From contig OX597830.1 in NCBI GenBank assembly GCA_951406725.2, positions 48,794,001 through 48,858,000 on the forward strand: DNA of 64,000 bases, in the 5' to 3' direction. This DNA is from Octopus vulgaris. Lineage: Eukaryota. Below, piece after piece: positions 1 through 12,819 of this stretch (position 1 is the stretch's first letter; each line of letters starts with the position of its first letter). The translations under genes were made by a program, and so were the position numbers. The notes under the pieces were generated by a model. It was not told where the DNA came from, did not search any database, and worked only from the letters and a program-made list of their open reading frames with translations.

Positions 1-324
1 AATTTATTTCTAGCAAGCCATGTGGCTATGTAGTGGCTCATGATTTGTGGCAAATAGTTTTGGATGGTGGCGTTTATGGAGAGAAAAAATAGGCTAAACT
101 GAAAGTCATGCCAACACTGCATCCCCCGGAAGTGGAATATCCCTTGTGTTCTTGAAAATATTCTGATTCTTTTTCTTGATAAAATAACTATTATTTTAAA
201 CCTGTTAATCCAGTACTATACTAACTACCCTTAACTATGAAGTAGGTGGTGGGACCTGTGGTTTTCCAAGCAAACTGAGTCAAGCAGTGTTCCCATAAAT
301 ATGAACTTTTGTAAATGCTTTGAA

Positions 325-722
325 GTACCTATTTCTTTATTGCCAGCAAGGGGCTAAACACAGAGAGGACAAACAAGGACAGACAAATGGATTAAGTCGA
401 TTACATCGACCCCAGTGCGTAGCTGGTACTTGATTTATCGTAACTGAAAGAATGAAAGGCAAAGTCAACCTCGGCGGAATTTGAACTCAGAACGTAACGG
501 CAGATGAAATACCTATTTCTCTACTACCCACAAGGGGCTAAACATAGAGGGGACAAACGGATTAAGTCGATTATATTGACCCCAGTGCGTAGCTGGTACT
601 TGATTTATCGAAACCGAAAGGATGACAGGCAAAGTTGACCTTGGCGGAATTTGAACTCAGAACGTAACGGCAGACGAAATACGGCTACGCATTTCGCCCG
701 GCGTGCCAACGTTTCTGCCAAC
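325..722 (-). mobile_element. tRNA-derived SINE family A, head-to-tail dimer
   Basis: Reverse complement of the recurring unit ggcggcgagctggcagaa...gagttcaaattccgccgaggtcgactttgcctttcatcctttcggggtcg...gtaaagaaatagg; two units in tandem. Confidence 0.85.
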
Positions 723-799
723 TCTCAAGTACCATTGCATAGCTCTGGCTTTATGTTAAGTAGAAATCTCCTCCCTGATAAGGCAATTAACCTCATGGC

Positions 800-1690
800 T
801 GTCATCCTTTATTTGCTTCAGTTATTGAACTGTGGCCATGCTGAGGCACTTGCCTTGAACGGTTTAGTCAAACAAATTGACTCCAGCACATTTTTGATTT
901 GAAGCCTGGCAGTTGTTCTGTTGGTTTCTTTTGTTGAATCACCATGTTATGGGGATGTAAACAAACCAACACAAGTTGTCAAGTGGTGCTGGGGAACAAA
1001 TACACACAGAGGCTTCTTTCAGTTTCCGTCAACCAAATCTACTCATGAGGCTCTGGTTGGCCTGAGACCTTAGTGGAAGACACTTACCCAAGGTGTCATA
1101 TAGTGGAACTGAACCTGGAACCATGGGGTTCTTAGTATTCAGGCATACTTGTATGTGGGTGTGTGACTATTATCTTCTATTTGTTTCAGTCATTTGACTG
1201 GCCATGCTGGGGCACTGCCTTGAAGGGTTTTAGTTGAACAAATCAACGCTGGGATTTATTTTTTAAGCATAGTATTTATTCTATTGGTCTATGTTGTCAA
1301 ATGGCTAAGTTAGGGAATCATAAACTCCCCAACACGAGTTGTCAAGTGGTGGTAGGGGACACACAGACACAATGACATGCATACACACACATGCATATAA
1401 ATGACAGACTTCTCTCAGTTTCTGTCTACCAAATCCACACACAAGGATTTGGTTCAACTGAGGCTATAGTAGAAGACACTTGCCCAAGGTGCCACACAGT
1501 GGGACTGAAACACACACACATACATATATATATATGACAGGCTTCTCTCAGTTTCCGTCTACCAAATCCACTAACAATGCTCTGGTCGACCTGAGGCTAT
1601 AGTAGAAGACAATTGCCCAAGGTGCCGTACAGTAGGACTGAATCCAGAACCATGTGGTTGGAAAGCAGACTTCTTACCACACAGCCACAT
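800..1690 (-). mobile_element. Cluster of CORE-like SINE family B copies in an SLC35B1 intron
   Basis: Repeated tttcagtttccgtctaccaaatccac...gaagacacttgcccaaggtgcc...ggactgaac segments. Confidence 0.75.
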
Positions 1691-1850
1691 TCCTCAGTTT
1701 TAAACCTAGAATTCGTAGTCTGGATACGTTTCCTTTTTTTCAAAACGGATACTTGTGTAAACTTTTGGGGATTTGGTTATGAAAATACCACACTTCGACC
1801 TCAAACAACTGAACTAATCTGATGAGAGACTTTTGTTATTCCTTTTACAG

Positions 1851-1977
1851 CTGATTTCTCTGACCATGGATGGACTGACCGGAGCAATCCAAGATAAAAT
1901 GAGGGCAAAGGCACCAACCAATGCACATAACATGATGTTTTTTATGAATGCTTTCTCAGTTCTTTGGCTCCTATTTG
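1851..1977 (+). CDS. SLC35B1: SLC35B1-like transporter (UAA family), internal coding exon
   Basis: Acceptor ccttttacag|, donor |gtgag. Peptide LISLTMDGLTGAIQDKMRAKAPTNAHNMMFFMNAFSVLWLLF matches the SLC35B1 motif 'SLTLDGLTGVSQD...HMM..N'. Ends in phase 1. Confidence 0.9.
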
Positions 1978-2139
1978 GTGAGTTATTTCATTTTGGAGAG
2001 CTTACATTTTATTTACATACATGCATGCATCCATCCATTAATTATATGGTCCAACTCATGGCTGCATGGAACATGGACAATGTTAAATGATGAAGATGCT
2101 AATTGTAATGTTATATATACAGGATGTCCCAGAAAGAAA

Positions 2140-2660
2140 AAGCACCCACTACACTCTCGGAGTGGTTGTTGTTAGGAAGGGCATCCAGCTGTAGAAACAC
2201 TGCCAGGTCAGACTGGAGCCTGGTGCAGCTATCTGGTTCGCCAATCCTCAGTCAAATCGTCCAACCCACTCCAAGAGTGTAGTGGGTGCATTTTACGTGC
2301 CACCAGCACGGGGGCCAGTCAGGCAGTACTGGCAATGATCTTACTCGAATCTTTTTACACATGCCACTGGCACAGGTGTCAGTAAGGCGACGTTGGTAAC
2401 GATCACACTTGAATGGTGTCTTTTACGTGCCAACGGCACGGAAGCCAGTTGGCTGCTCTGGTAACGATCACGCTCGAATGGTGCTCTTGGCACCCTACTA
2501 GCACAGGGCTCAAGTGCCATTAAGGCGATGCTGGTAATGATCACACTCGAATGGTGCTCTTTTATGTGCCATCGGCACGGAAGCTGCTTAGCTGCTCTGT
2601 CAAATGATCTCACTCATATGGTGCTCTTTGCACTCCGCTAGCATGGATGCCAGTCATCGA
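2140..2660 (+). mobile_element. SINE-like family C with internal ~65-70 bp tandem subrepeats
   Basis: gcacccactacactc...ttaggaagggcatccagctgtagaaac followed by repeated ttttacgtgccac...ggtaacgatcac units in opposite orientation; related to copies near 3540 and 7500. Confidence 0.65.
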
Positions 2661-2885
2661 ATTTGATAATGTGGTATATTCTGTGTAAGTGATTGGTGGG
2701 CCCTCTCTTAGAGCTATTTCTCTATTAAAGTTCTCATCCAACATAGCTCATGAAGACAAGACCAGTAGAAGCTGCATCGACCTACAGTTTTGTATTGTAA
2801 AAGATCTCTTGGTATTGATTATATTTGAGAATTATTTTTACTTTAATTTCATCTTTTTAAGTTCATGTTTCTGTTTATTTTTCAG

Positions 2886-2992
2886 GATTAATTTTTACTG
2901 GTGAAGGAATTGAATTCATAAGCTTTACCTCTCGCCATCCCAGTGTCCTCCTTGGAATATTTGCCTTTGGTATTGCCAGTGCTTTAGGACAG
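2886..2992 (+). CDS. SLC35B1: SLC35B1-like, penultimate coding exon
   Basis: Acceptor tttttcag|, donor |gtaac. Continues in frame: (G)LIFTGEGIEFISFTSRHPSVLLGIFAFGIASALGQ. Not present in the supplied ORF track. Confidence 0.9.
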
Positions 2993-3537
2993 GTAACTTT
3001 TGGCAACTTTTCTTCCATTCTTCACTGAGAGATTTCTTTTAATTCTGTCTCTAATATCTGTAGCTTCACTGAGGGGGGTGAGCTGGCAGAATTGCTATCG
3101 TGCCAGGCAGAATTGCTTAATATCAGTTGAGCACTGGGGTCAATTTAATTGACTTACTCACTCCCATGAAATTGCTGGCCTTGTAGCAAAATTTGATAGC
3201 AACATTTGCAGCTTCATGGAATTGGGATTTTGTGTAAATTATTTTCATCTTTTCATTTCCATTTTGAGGAAAGATGTATGAGTTCTTTGATTTCCAACTC
3301 AGAGGCTGTGAGTTCAAATTGCATGTGGGTGTTTCACTGTATATTTGGATAATATGTGCTTAATCTATACAGCCCTGTTCTCCTAACTGTTGGGATAAAT
3401 AAATCTCCAGGCCATGATGTTTAATCACCAGGTGTCTTATCCTGGTGTCATAAAAATGAAACCTGTTGCTTAGCTCCAAGTCAGATCTAGACGAGCAGAC
3501 CTTTTGATCAAATACTTCATTTTTTAGTGATGTCGAC

Positions 3538-3950
3538 ATCATAATCGTTTAATGTCTGCTTTCCATGCTAGCATGGGTTGGACGGTTCTACTGGGGTCTG
3601 GGAAGCCAGGAGGCTGCAGCAGGCTCCAGCCTGATCTCGCAGTGTTTTTACAGCTGGATGCCCTTCCTAACGTCAATCACTCCGTGAGTGTAGTGGGTGC
3701 ATTTTATTTGCCACCGGTATGGTGCCAGGCGAGGCTGGAAACAGCCATGATCGGTTGGTACTTTTTACGTGCCACCGGCACAGGTGCCAGGCGAGGCTGG
3801 CAACGGCCACAATCGGTTGGTGCTTTTTACGTGCCACCAACATGGAAGCCAGTCAAGGTGGCGCTGGCATCGGCCACTTTCAGATGGTGCTTTTTACGTG
3901 CCACCGGCACAGGGATCACAACTACAGTTTCCATTGATTTTTTTTATGTT
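3538..3950 (-). mobile_element. SINE-like family C copy
   Basis: Reverse complement of 7505-7820; tail ...agcatggaaagcagacattaaacgat. The ORFs at 3552-4142 are read-throughs of this repeat. Confidence 0.7.
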
Positions 3951-4259
3951 GATGTACTTGACTCAATAGGTCTCCTCAAGCACAGGGTCAAAACGGTGTC
4001 ACCAGTGTTTTTTATTTACACCCACACCAACGCTTTTTATGTAGTACCTTGGTTTCAGGATCTCAATTCTGCTGTGGTGGGCAGGTCTTCTCAAATACAG
4101 CAATGCACCACATATCCTGGCCCTCTGTCATCCCCTTTGTAAGGCTCAAAGTTTGGAGATTTGCCATTAATACTTCATCCTGTCTTCCTCCTTCCTCGCT
4201 TTCCCTCCACTCTTAATGACTTTATTGGAATTAATTTTCATTATTTTTATCTCTTTCAG

Positions 4260-4460
4260 ACATTCATTTTCCTAACTGTGTCCAAATTTGGGCCTCTCAC
4301 TTGTTCAATTCTAACCACAACACGAAAATTCTTCACCATTCTCACATCAGTAATTATATTTCAAAACCCATTATCCCAGCGCCAGTGGATTGGCACCATA
4401 TTGGTATTTACAGGACTCACATTAGACAACATCTATGGCAAACAACAGAAACAGAAATGA
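4260..4460 (+). CDS. SLC35B1: SLC35B1-like, last coding exon
   Basis: Acceptor ctctttcag|. Peptide [66 protein letters not shown] carries the diagnostic [18 protein letters not shown] motif. Confidence 0.93.
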   Translation, partial: TFIFLTVSKFGPLTCSILTTTRKFFTILTSVIIFQNPLSQRQWIGTILVFTGLTLDNIYGKQQKQK

Positions 4461-5094
4461 AAGTTTTTGATGAACCTCATTCTAATGATCTCCATTCACC
4501 TCTGGTTGAACAAGGTGAACAGCTCATTGGTTGCTGAAGCTGTCACGTGATTGCTGGATTCACCAATGGCCCACCACCTCGACATCAAGAGAAGAACCTC
4601 ACTTGCAAGGTTGCTGTGGCAACCTGACTGGAAGTTTTTAAAGACTGCTTTTTTTTTTTTTATCATTTCTTAATTCTCAAGTTTGGTTTATTTATTTGTG
4701 TTTCCTTAAAAAAATTGAATTTTTCTTAATTTCTTGAATACTCACAAGTAAATTTATACTTGAGATTATCTTCAGCTGGGACTTAGAATAAGCTGCAACG
4801 TCATTTCCTAAAAGAGAAATGGAAAAAGGATAAATATTAATAGAAATTTATAATTTATATAGTTTGGTTCAAATGATTTTATGCAAAACATTCCTTGTGA
4901 AATCTTCAGTGACTGGTATTTTCAGGAGAGTAAGACTGTATGGAAATAATTTTGTATAAACTTGTAGAAAGATATATTTATCAGTATAGTCTTAAGGTCA
5001 GAGTGGATGGTCAAATCTGTAGAGTTCCGTCCTTCTTGGTTCCAAGCTGTAATTCTAATTACATGCTGGCTTTTCTTCTTTCTGTGATTGATAA

Positions 5095-5100
5095 AATAAA
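5095..5100 (+). promoter_or_regulatory. Candidate polyadenylation signal of SLC35B1
   Basis: AATAAA about 635 nt after the stop codon, at the end of a repeat-free AT-rich 3'UTR-like stretch. Confidence 0.45.
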
Positions 5101-5498
5101 TACAATATACTTTAGTCAATTTAATTAGATCTATGTTCTCTCCATAGATAATTAATCTTGTACTCAATCAAAAGAGATCATTATATTATAGTTTCAAGAT
5201 AAGTTGGCATGCTGGGCAAAATGCTTAGTGGCATTTCATCTTTCTTCACATTCTGAATTCAAATTCTGCCGAGGCTGACTTTGCCTTTCATCTCTAATGG
5301 GATCTATAAAATAATTAAACCCCCCCCCCCCCCACCACTCCCAAATTTCTAGCCTTGTGCTTATAGTAGAAAGGATTATTATAGTTTCAAGATATCTTAA
5401 TGTTTTAATTTCATCCATTGATTCCACGTTCGATCTCACTGCATAGCATTTTAGGTAAGAGTCTTCCTTTATTACCTCAGGTTAATTAATGTTTTGTG

Positions 5499-5886
5499 AG
5501 GCGGCGAGCTGGCAGAAACGTTAGCACACCGGACGAAACGCTTAACGGTATTTCGTCTGCCGTTATGTTCTGAGTTCAAATTCCACCGAGGTCGACTTTG
5601 CCTTTCATCCTTTTGGGGTCGATTAAATAAGTACCAGTTATGTACTGTGGTTGATATAATCGACTTAATCTGTTTGTCTGTCCTTGTTTGTCCTCTCCGT
5701 GTTTAGCCCCTTGGGGGTAGTAAAGAAATAGGTATTTCGTCTGAGTTCCAATTCCGCCAAGGTAGACTTTACCTTTCATCCTTTAGGGGTCGATAAATTA
5801 AGTACCAGTTACTTACTGGGGTCAATCTAATTGACTGGCCACCCTCCCATAAAATTTCAGGCCTTGTGCCTAGAGTAGAAAAGGAT
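5499..5886 (+). mobile_element. SINE family A dimer
   Basis: aggcggcgagctggcagaaacgttagc head, B-box-like gagttcaaattcc, and a second unit after aaagaaataggtatttcgtctg. Confidence 0.85.
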
Positions 5887-5959
5887 GTTTTGTGAGTAAA
5901 ATTTTGAAGATGGAAACTACAGGAGTCTGCTGAATGTGTGTGTGTGTGTCTGTATATAT

Positions 5960-6340
5960 CTTTTATCTGTTACTTGCTTCAGTTATCTCGACTGTGGCCA
6001 TGCTGGGGCACTGCCTTGAAGGATTTTAGTCATATCAAATCAACTCCAGGACATACGTTTTTTTTTTTTAAAGTTTATTACTTATTTCATTGGTCTCTTT
6101 TGCCAAACTGCTAAGTTACAGGAATGTAATCATAGCAATACCATTTGTTAAATGGTGGTGGTAGACGAACACAGACACAAAGACACACACTCATTTACAA
6201 CAGGTTTCTTTTAGTTTCCATCTACCAAATCCACTCACAAGGCTTTGGTCAGCCTGAGGCTAGCAGACACTTGCCCAAGGTGCTATGCAGTGGAACTGAA
6301 CCCAAAACTGGTTGGGAACTAAGCTTCTTACCACACACAC
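5960..6340 (-). mobile_element. Composite SINE family B copy followed by (TA)n
   Basis: Similar to 45128-45538. Confidence 0.7.
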
Positions 6341-6348
6341 AAGTATAC

Positions 6349-6401
<53 letters not shown>

Positions 6402-7504
6402 TGCTAGCATGGAAAGTGGATGTTAAACGATGATGATGATGAATGTGCATGTGTGTGTGTTATTGTCTCTGGACATATCTTACCATTGACACTTCTTGGA
6501 GAGCGGTGATGTTTGTTTATGTCCTACACAAGCTGTATGTCCCTCTGTTCCATGTATGAAGACCAGTGAAACAAAATACCTTCATTAAAAACAAGGGTTG
6601 GCATCATTAAGGACATTTGGCTGTTGAATACTGCCTCCTCAACAAGCGTTTATGGAAAAGCATGGCGTTAAAAGAATGAACGAATTATTTGGTGATTATT
6701 GAGATTGAAGTTGTGTAGCTGCAGCTCAGTTTTGATTCCACTGATATAGTCTAAGACGTTCCAGTCATGACCACCCTGAAAGTATATATATATGTCAGAC
6801 TACAAAATCTGACATTTCTTTTTCTGAGATGGTAGGATGTGATTTGAGAGATTTGGCTATTGTTTCTAGCAGTTTAATTGATCTCATAGTAGCTGCCTCA
6901 TTGCTTCATTTAGGATAATATATCAGTCTTTGGTTAGGGTTGTTAAGGAGACATCATGATGAGATAATATAGAGAGAGACAGTAACTTAAGTATGGTACC
7001 GTAAGCATAGTGACGTAATGTTCAAATTGATGCTATTCTGGACAAACAGCTTTAAATCTTACATAATTACATTTTGGTAATCAGAATAACTAGTGAAAAT
7101 AAACATATCTCATTATATTTTTGCCATTTTGTAATTTCCTCAAAGCAAAACATCACACGTCTGTAGCAACCGGACGGTTTATAAATCATGGAAGAAAATT
7201 CGTTTGGATTTGGTACTTGACTTTTTTCTTTGTTTCAGTCGTTGAACTGCGGTCATGCTGGGGCATCATCTCGAAGGGTTTAGTTGAACAAATCGATCCC
7301 TGTACTTATTTTTAACTTTGGTATTCATTCTGTCAGCGTCTTTTGCTGAACTGTTAGGTTACAGGAATGTAAACAAACTAACACCGGTTGGCAAGCGCTG
7401 ATGGTGACAAACGCAATGATACACACTTATACACGTAGGGCTTCTTTCACATTTTTGTTCCTTCAGAATGTAATTTTTATATTCATGGTCATAACCATCT
7501 ATAC

Positions 7505-7820
7505 GTGGCCGATGCCAGCGCTGCCTTGACTGGCTTCCATGCCAGTGGCACGTACAAAGCACCAACCGATCGTGGCCGTTGCCAGCCTCTCCTGGCACCT
7601 GTGCCAGTGGCACGTAAAAAGCACCCACTACACTCACGGAGTGTTTGGCGTTAGGAAGGGCATCCAGCTGTAGAAACACTGCCAGATCAGACTGGAGCCT
7701 GGTGCAGCCTCCTGGCTTCCCAGACCCTGGTGCAGCCTCCTGGCTTCCCAGACCCTGGTTGAACTGTCCAACCCATGTTAGCATGGAAAACGGACGTTAA
7801 ACGATGATGATGGTGATGAT
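7505..7820 (+). mobile_element. SINE-like family C copy with (GAT)n tail
   Basis: Ends agcatggaaaacggacgttaaacgatgatgatg; contains an internal 30-bp tandem duplication near 7698-7759. Confidence 0.7.
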
Positions 7821-7899
7821 ATACTAACTGTGGTCTATGGCTTTGCTTCTACTGTACTTTTAATAGTCACTAACAGAGATTCAGTGACTGTTTAGAATT

Positions 7900-9047
7900 G
7901 CTTAGAAGACTTTCAGCAAGATTTTCAATACCTCATTGGTAGAAATCACCCAATTTCGACTCGAAAAATCGATCCAACCAAGCTCTCAATCCTGCATCAG
8001 TATTGAATGAAACTCTGCGCATAGCATTTGAAAGAGATCGAAAGAGGTGGAAATCCGTTGGTGCGTACGGCGGGTGTGGCAGCACTCCCCAGGCCATGCG
8101 TTTGAATGGCTTTGGTCATGTTGACAATATGCGGGCGAGCGATGTCGTGCAGCAGCAGAACTCCATGCTGACGATTAGGTCTTTTCTCTTCAATAGCCGT
8201 GTTGAGTCGTTCCATCTGTTGAACATAGAGTTCCGCGTTGACCGTTCGGTTCCGTTCAAGCAATTTGTAATGGATAATCCCTTCCCAGTCCCACCATACG
8301 CACAACATCGTTTTACGCGGATGAAGATCTTGTTCCACGCGCGGTGTCGCTTGTTTACCTGGGCTAAGCCATTCCTTACATTGCCTCATATTGATGTACA
8401 GGCACCATTTTTCATCGCCTGAAGCAATTCGGTAAAGAAATCGTTGCTTGTGTCCATGAGTTGAGCGGTGACGAGCAAGCAAACCAGCGGAGATTGTGGC
8501 TTGTTGATTTTTGTTGTCACTTAAAGCATACGGAACCCATGCTCCATACTTCTGAACCTTTCTCATCGAGTGAAGTTGCTTCTCTATAGCAGTGTGGGAG
8601 CATTCCATTTTTCTGCCAGTTCCCTTGTCGTTTGACGAGAATTTTCGTGCAAAAGTTGGTTTAATCGGTCTTCATCGAACTCAACTGGACGGCCAGAAGG
8701 AGGTGCGTCTTTGAGGTCAAAATTTCCCTTTTTGAACTTGGTATACCAATCACAAGAAGTTCTTTTAGCTATGGCATCCTCTCCATACACAGCACAAATA
8801 TCGCGAGCAGCTTTTGCGGCCTTAGAACCTTGATTAAAAGCAAAAAGGTGTTGAAAATGCTCGTTTTTCTTAACTTGACATTCCATATTAATGATGTGAA
8901 AATAAACAAAAATTAACTAAAATTAACTAGAAAAAAAAAACAAACAAAAACCTAAATAGATTCCAAAATGATTCAAAAATAGAATTCTCGAAAAAAATAG
9001 ATTCCAAACTTTAAAAAAACGGTGGGATCTTAGTTGCCAACCATATA
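7900..9047 (-). mobile_element. Mariner (DD34D) transposon, defective
   Basis: Frameshifted ORFs 8584-8886 (HTH region, DAPPSGRP) and 7997-8608 (WVPYAL, SGDEKWCLY, LLHDIARPH). The YSPDLAP motif is partly deleted (PPY-APTDFHL). TIR-like tatggttggcaactaag at about 9029-9045; the other end is not found. Confidence 0.92.
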
Positions 9048-9256
9048 ATCTTATATGTAGACCGTGGCGGTCTGATTATATAGATGAACTGAAAATGATC
9101 AGAGGACAAAGTATATTGTGATTTCGCCATATATTTAGATATAATGGCTGCAACTAAGATTGGACGGTCATGGATGTAACGCCTTTGATGATATCAGGTA
9201 AGATTTGAAGCTAAACAGCCATTTACGATTCAATGAGAGAGTAGCTACATCAGGTA

Positions 9257-9492
9257 AGGCGGCGAGCTGGCAGAAACGTTAGCACGCCGGTCGAAATGCT
9301 TAGTGGTATTTCGTCTGCGTTACGTTGTGAGTTCAAATTCCGCCGAGGTCGACTTTGCCTTTCATCCTTTCGGGGTCGATAAATTAAGTACCAGTTACGT
9401 ACTGGGGTCGATGTAATCGACTTAATACCTATGTCTGTCCTTGTTTGTCCCCTCTGTGTTTAGCCCCTTGTGGGTAATAAAGAAATAGGTAT
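9257..9492 (+). mobile_element. SINE family A, full-length monomer
   Basis: Near-consensus head-to-tail sequence. Confidence 0.85.
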
Positions 9493-10117
9493 GGGTAACC
9501 TTTTCCAAGAAGCGGGCCGTATGAGACATGACTCATCATCAGGCGGGCCGCACTACTAAAAATTTCAATGTAATTATGAAATTTGTCGTAGGAGTGACAT
9601 CGAGAAAGTTCAGCGGGGCGCAGCCACCCGATTAGAAACAGAAGCTCGGTTGAAAGATATTCCATTTTTAATAGGGAAGACGCATTAGAAACGTGGTCCT
9701 ATATGTATAGAAAGCACTGGAAAAGCTAATAGTCACGTCCAGGACGTTTCTGGTCGTGGAGTTACTGGATCAGGGCGAATGTATCGAAAAACGAAAAAAC
9801 ATTGATCAAATCATAAAGGGAGATAACTGTAAAATTAAAGTTCATGAATTGCCTCCCTTAAAGGAGGTTTATTTATAATGCCACAATATTAGTTACAGAG
9901 GCGTAATATTTCAGGCGAAAAATTTTAGTTTTTCTGTCATTTGTTTAATTAAATAAAATGGAAGATATTCTCCTTCTTTTCTGTACGTATATGAGTAAAA
10001 AAAGTCCATTAATTTGGGTATGAAACAGAAAGTGGATTTACAAACTCCTTGTCAACGGTTCATAAGATGTTCTCTTTCTCTTGTATTTTTCCAGCGGGCA
10101 ACTGGTTTTCACAAATC

Positions 10118-10800
10118 TGTATGTATGTGCATGCATGCATGTTTGTATGTATGCATGCATGTTTGTATGTATGTATGCATGCATGTTTGTATGTATGCAT
10201 GTATGTATATATATATATATATATGTATGTATGTAAGTATGCATGCATGTATATATGTATGCATGCATGTATATATGTATGCATGTATGTATGCAAGTGT
10301 GTATGCATGTATGTATGAATGTGCATGCATATATGTATGTATGCATGCATGTGTGTATGTATATATATTTCTTTACTACCCACAAGGGGTTAAACACAGA
10401 CGGGACAAACAAGGACAGACAAACGGATTAAGTCGATTATATCGACCCCAGTGTGTAACTGGTACTTAATTTATCGACCCCGAAAGGATGAAAGGCAAAG
10501 TCGACCTCGGCGGAATTTGAACTCGGAACGTGACGACAGACGAAATACAACTACGCATTTCGCCCAGTGTGTATGTATATATGTATGCATGCATGTATGT
10601 ATGTATGTGTATATGTGTTTATGTATGTATGCATGCATGTTTGTATGTATGTATGTGTTTATGTATGCATGTGTATATGTGCATGTATGTATGTATGCAC
10701 GTGCATGCATGCATGTATGTATGTGTGTGTATGCGTTTGAGAAAGAGAAAGAGAGCGAGAGAGTGATGGACGGAGAGAGAGAGAGAGAGAGAGAGAGAGT
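10118..10800. repeat. (ATGT/ATGC)n compound microsatellite with (GA)n, interrupted by a SINE A copy (10366-10566, -)
   Basis: Direct reading; accounts for the many MYVC/HTYI ORFs. Confidence 0.9.
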
Positions 10801-11324
10801 GTGTTTGTATGTCTACTAAACATAAAGTTTGTTTGCACATGAAAATCAGAACACTTCACTTCTTGTATTTCGTCTTCCTGCGAATATAACCAACGGAAGC
10901 TCTTTTCTCTCCACATATATCTCGCCTGCTGATATTAAGGAGACATCTAATAGAGCAGAAACAAGTGTCTACAGCTACCATCCTGTCTTTGGACAATCAA
11001 ACTGTTCTTTCCCCGAAGCCACGCCAGCTACGTTTGATCTCACCAGCGAGACGGACACCGGAATGTAGGGAAGAATAGTTTAAATGTATTATATTTTTGT
11101 GAAGTCCCACTGTTTAAAAGAAAATATTCACTAATGTAGCGTGTATAATACATCTGAAAGCCTGCTTTCTTAAACATTAAGAAATAAAATGGAGGCAGGA
11201 GAAAGAGAGACGAATGGATGAAGAGACGTGGATTCGTTAGCCTGCCATCTGATCGCCACTTGCAGGGAACAAATTATTGGGATTTATTGTTTTAGGAACA
11301 GCAAACTGAAGCTCACAGAGTTTC

Positions 11325-11465
11325 AAAACTTGGCGCCAAAATTAAATATGGGTTGTGATTGGTGAACGACTGTGAATGAGACGTGAATATCAATGAGCTG
11401 AACGTTAAGTCATGCTTTGAGCCAATCCTGTATAAAAACGTCATAGAATAATGAATGACGTCATC
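11325..11465 (+). promoter_or_regulatory. Promoter-like motif cluster
   Basis: TTGGCGCCAAA (E2F-like, ~11330), ATTGG (~11358), CCAAT (11421), TATAAAA (11431), TGACGTCA (CRE, 11456). Confidence 0.3.
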
Positions 11466-11569
11466 TCAGCTTGATAGGAGACTGGGTCACATGGGTTAGT
11501 GATATCTTAGAAAATGGCCAGTTACTTGATATGGCACTGGCTAGTGATATCACATGAGTTAACCAGTAA

Positions 11570-11692
11570 CTCTGGACCCCATTGCCGCTCGAAATTTAAA
11601 AACTAAGTTTACAGGTAAATTTTTATTTTGTTGTTGACACATTAGCTTGTGTAGTCTGAATTATGTAAAACGTTAGATAAAGAATCATTTTC

Positions 11693-11740
<48 letters not shown>

Positions 11741-11752
11741 CATGTTATACAT

Positions 11753-11807
<55 letters not shown>

Positions 11808-11991
11808 GTTATACATGGTTTATACAACCATCAACGTTAGATAAAGAAGTTGAGTTGTTTCTTGCCATAAAAACAGCTAAAGCAAAATTTTTTTTTCATG
11901 AGCCCTTAAAAATACTTCTGCAGATCCCCAATTTACTGTTTTGCGTATGTGGACCCCCAGGAGTCATATGAACTCCGGTTGAGAACCACTG
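11570..11991. mobile_element. hAT-type MITE remnant with internal (TA)n
   Basis: Ends ggacccccagg...ggttgagaaccactg, typical of hAT/Charlie MITE termini; internal ggacccc motifs. Confidence 0.45.
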
Positions 11992-12207
11992 GTTTTGTGA
12001 TGTCATGGGAGGTCGCCAGTCACTCCATATGTGTCTAACATATTATAACCGTGTGTCAATCTTTGTTTAAGATGGTGATTTTTGCTTTGTGGCAAATACG
12101 GTTACTTTTTCCTTGAAGGTTAAGTTGCTTTGTTGAGGTTCGGTCGACGTCTCAACCATCAATATAAATGACGTTGGAACCACGTGACGGTATGTTTCCT
12201 ACTTTAA

Positions 12208-12444
12208 AGGCGGCGAGCTGGCAGAAACATTAGCACGCCGGGCGAAATGCGTAGCCGTATTTCGTCTGCCGTTACGTTCTGAGTTCAAATTCTATCGAGG
12301 TCGACTTTGCCTTTCATCCTTTCGGGGTCGATTAAATAAGTACCAGTTACGGACTGGGGTCGATATAATCGACTTAATCCGTTTGTCTGTCCTTGTTTGT
12401 CCTCTCTGTGTTTAGCCCCTTGTGGGTAGTAAAGAAATAGGTAT
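12208..12444 (+). mobile_element. SINE family A, full-length monomer
   Basis: Near-consensus sequence. Flanks ggtatgtttcctacttta and ggtatgcttcctacttta look like a target-site duplication. Confidence 0.88.
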
Positions 12445-12819
12445 GCTTCCTACTTTAGTTCTATTTTGCATAACTAAGGTGAGATTAAACTATCATGAAA
12501 TGGATTTGAATTCGATACTATAAACTAACAAGCAGGCTGTCACTTAAACTGCTTACTATGCCGGACCGGCGATAATAAAAGCAAGTTAGTTCTCAAATAA
12601 TCTGCTAAAAGTACTGGACTAGTGAGCCACACATGTAGCCTGGAAACATTTTGAAGATATTACTTCCTTATACACTTTGTTTTTCTGAACGTCAAACGCC
12701 ATCTATCTGAAGGGTTACTCTGGAGTAAACACTACAAATATCATATATATTCAAAACAGCAGACTTGGCGGATTATTTTCGATCAAAATATTCACCACGC
12801 GTAAACACAATTTACTTCC

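Noticed and set aside
3552-4142. 196-aa ORF with internal repeats
   Set aside because: Read-through of a SINE-like repeat inside an SLC35B1 intron.
10014-10916. Many overlapping ORFs (MYVC/HTYI-rich)
   Set aside because: Translations of (ATGT/ATGC)n microsatellite; not genes.
10829-11068. 79-aa ORF in unique sequence
   Set aside because: Non-ATG start, no recognisable domain and no supporting splice structure.
12208-12300. tRNA genes at SINE heads
   Set aside because: A/B-box-like motifs continue into SINE bodies; no complete cloverleaf is supported.
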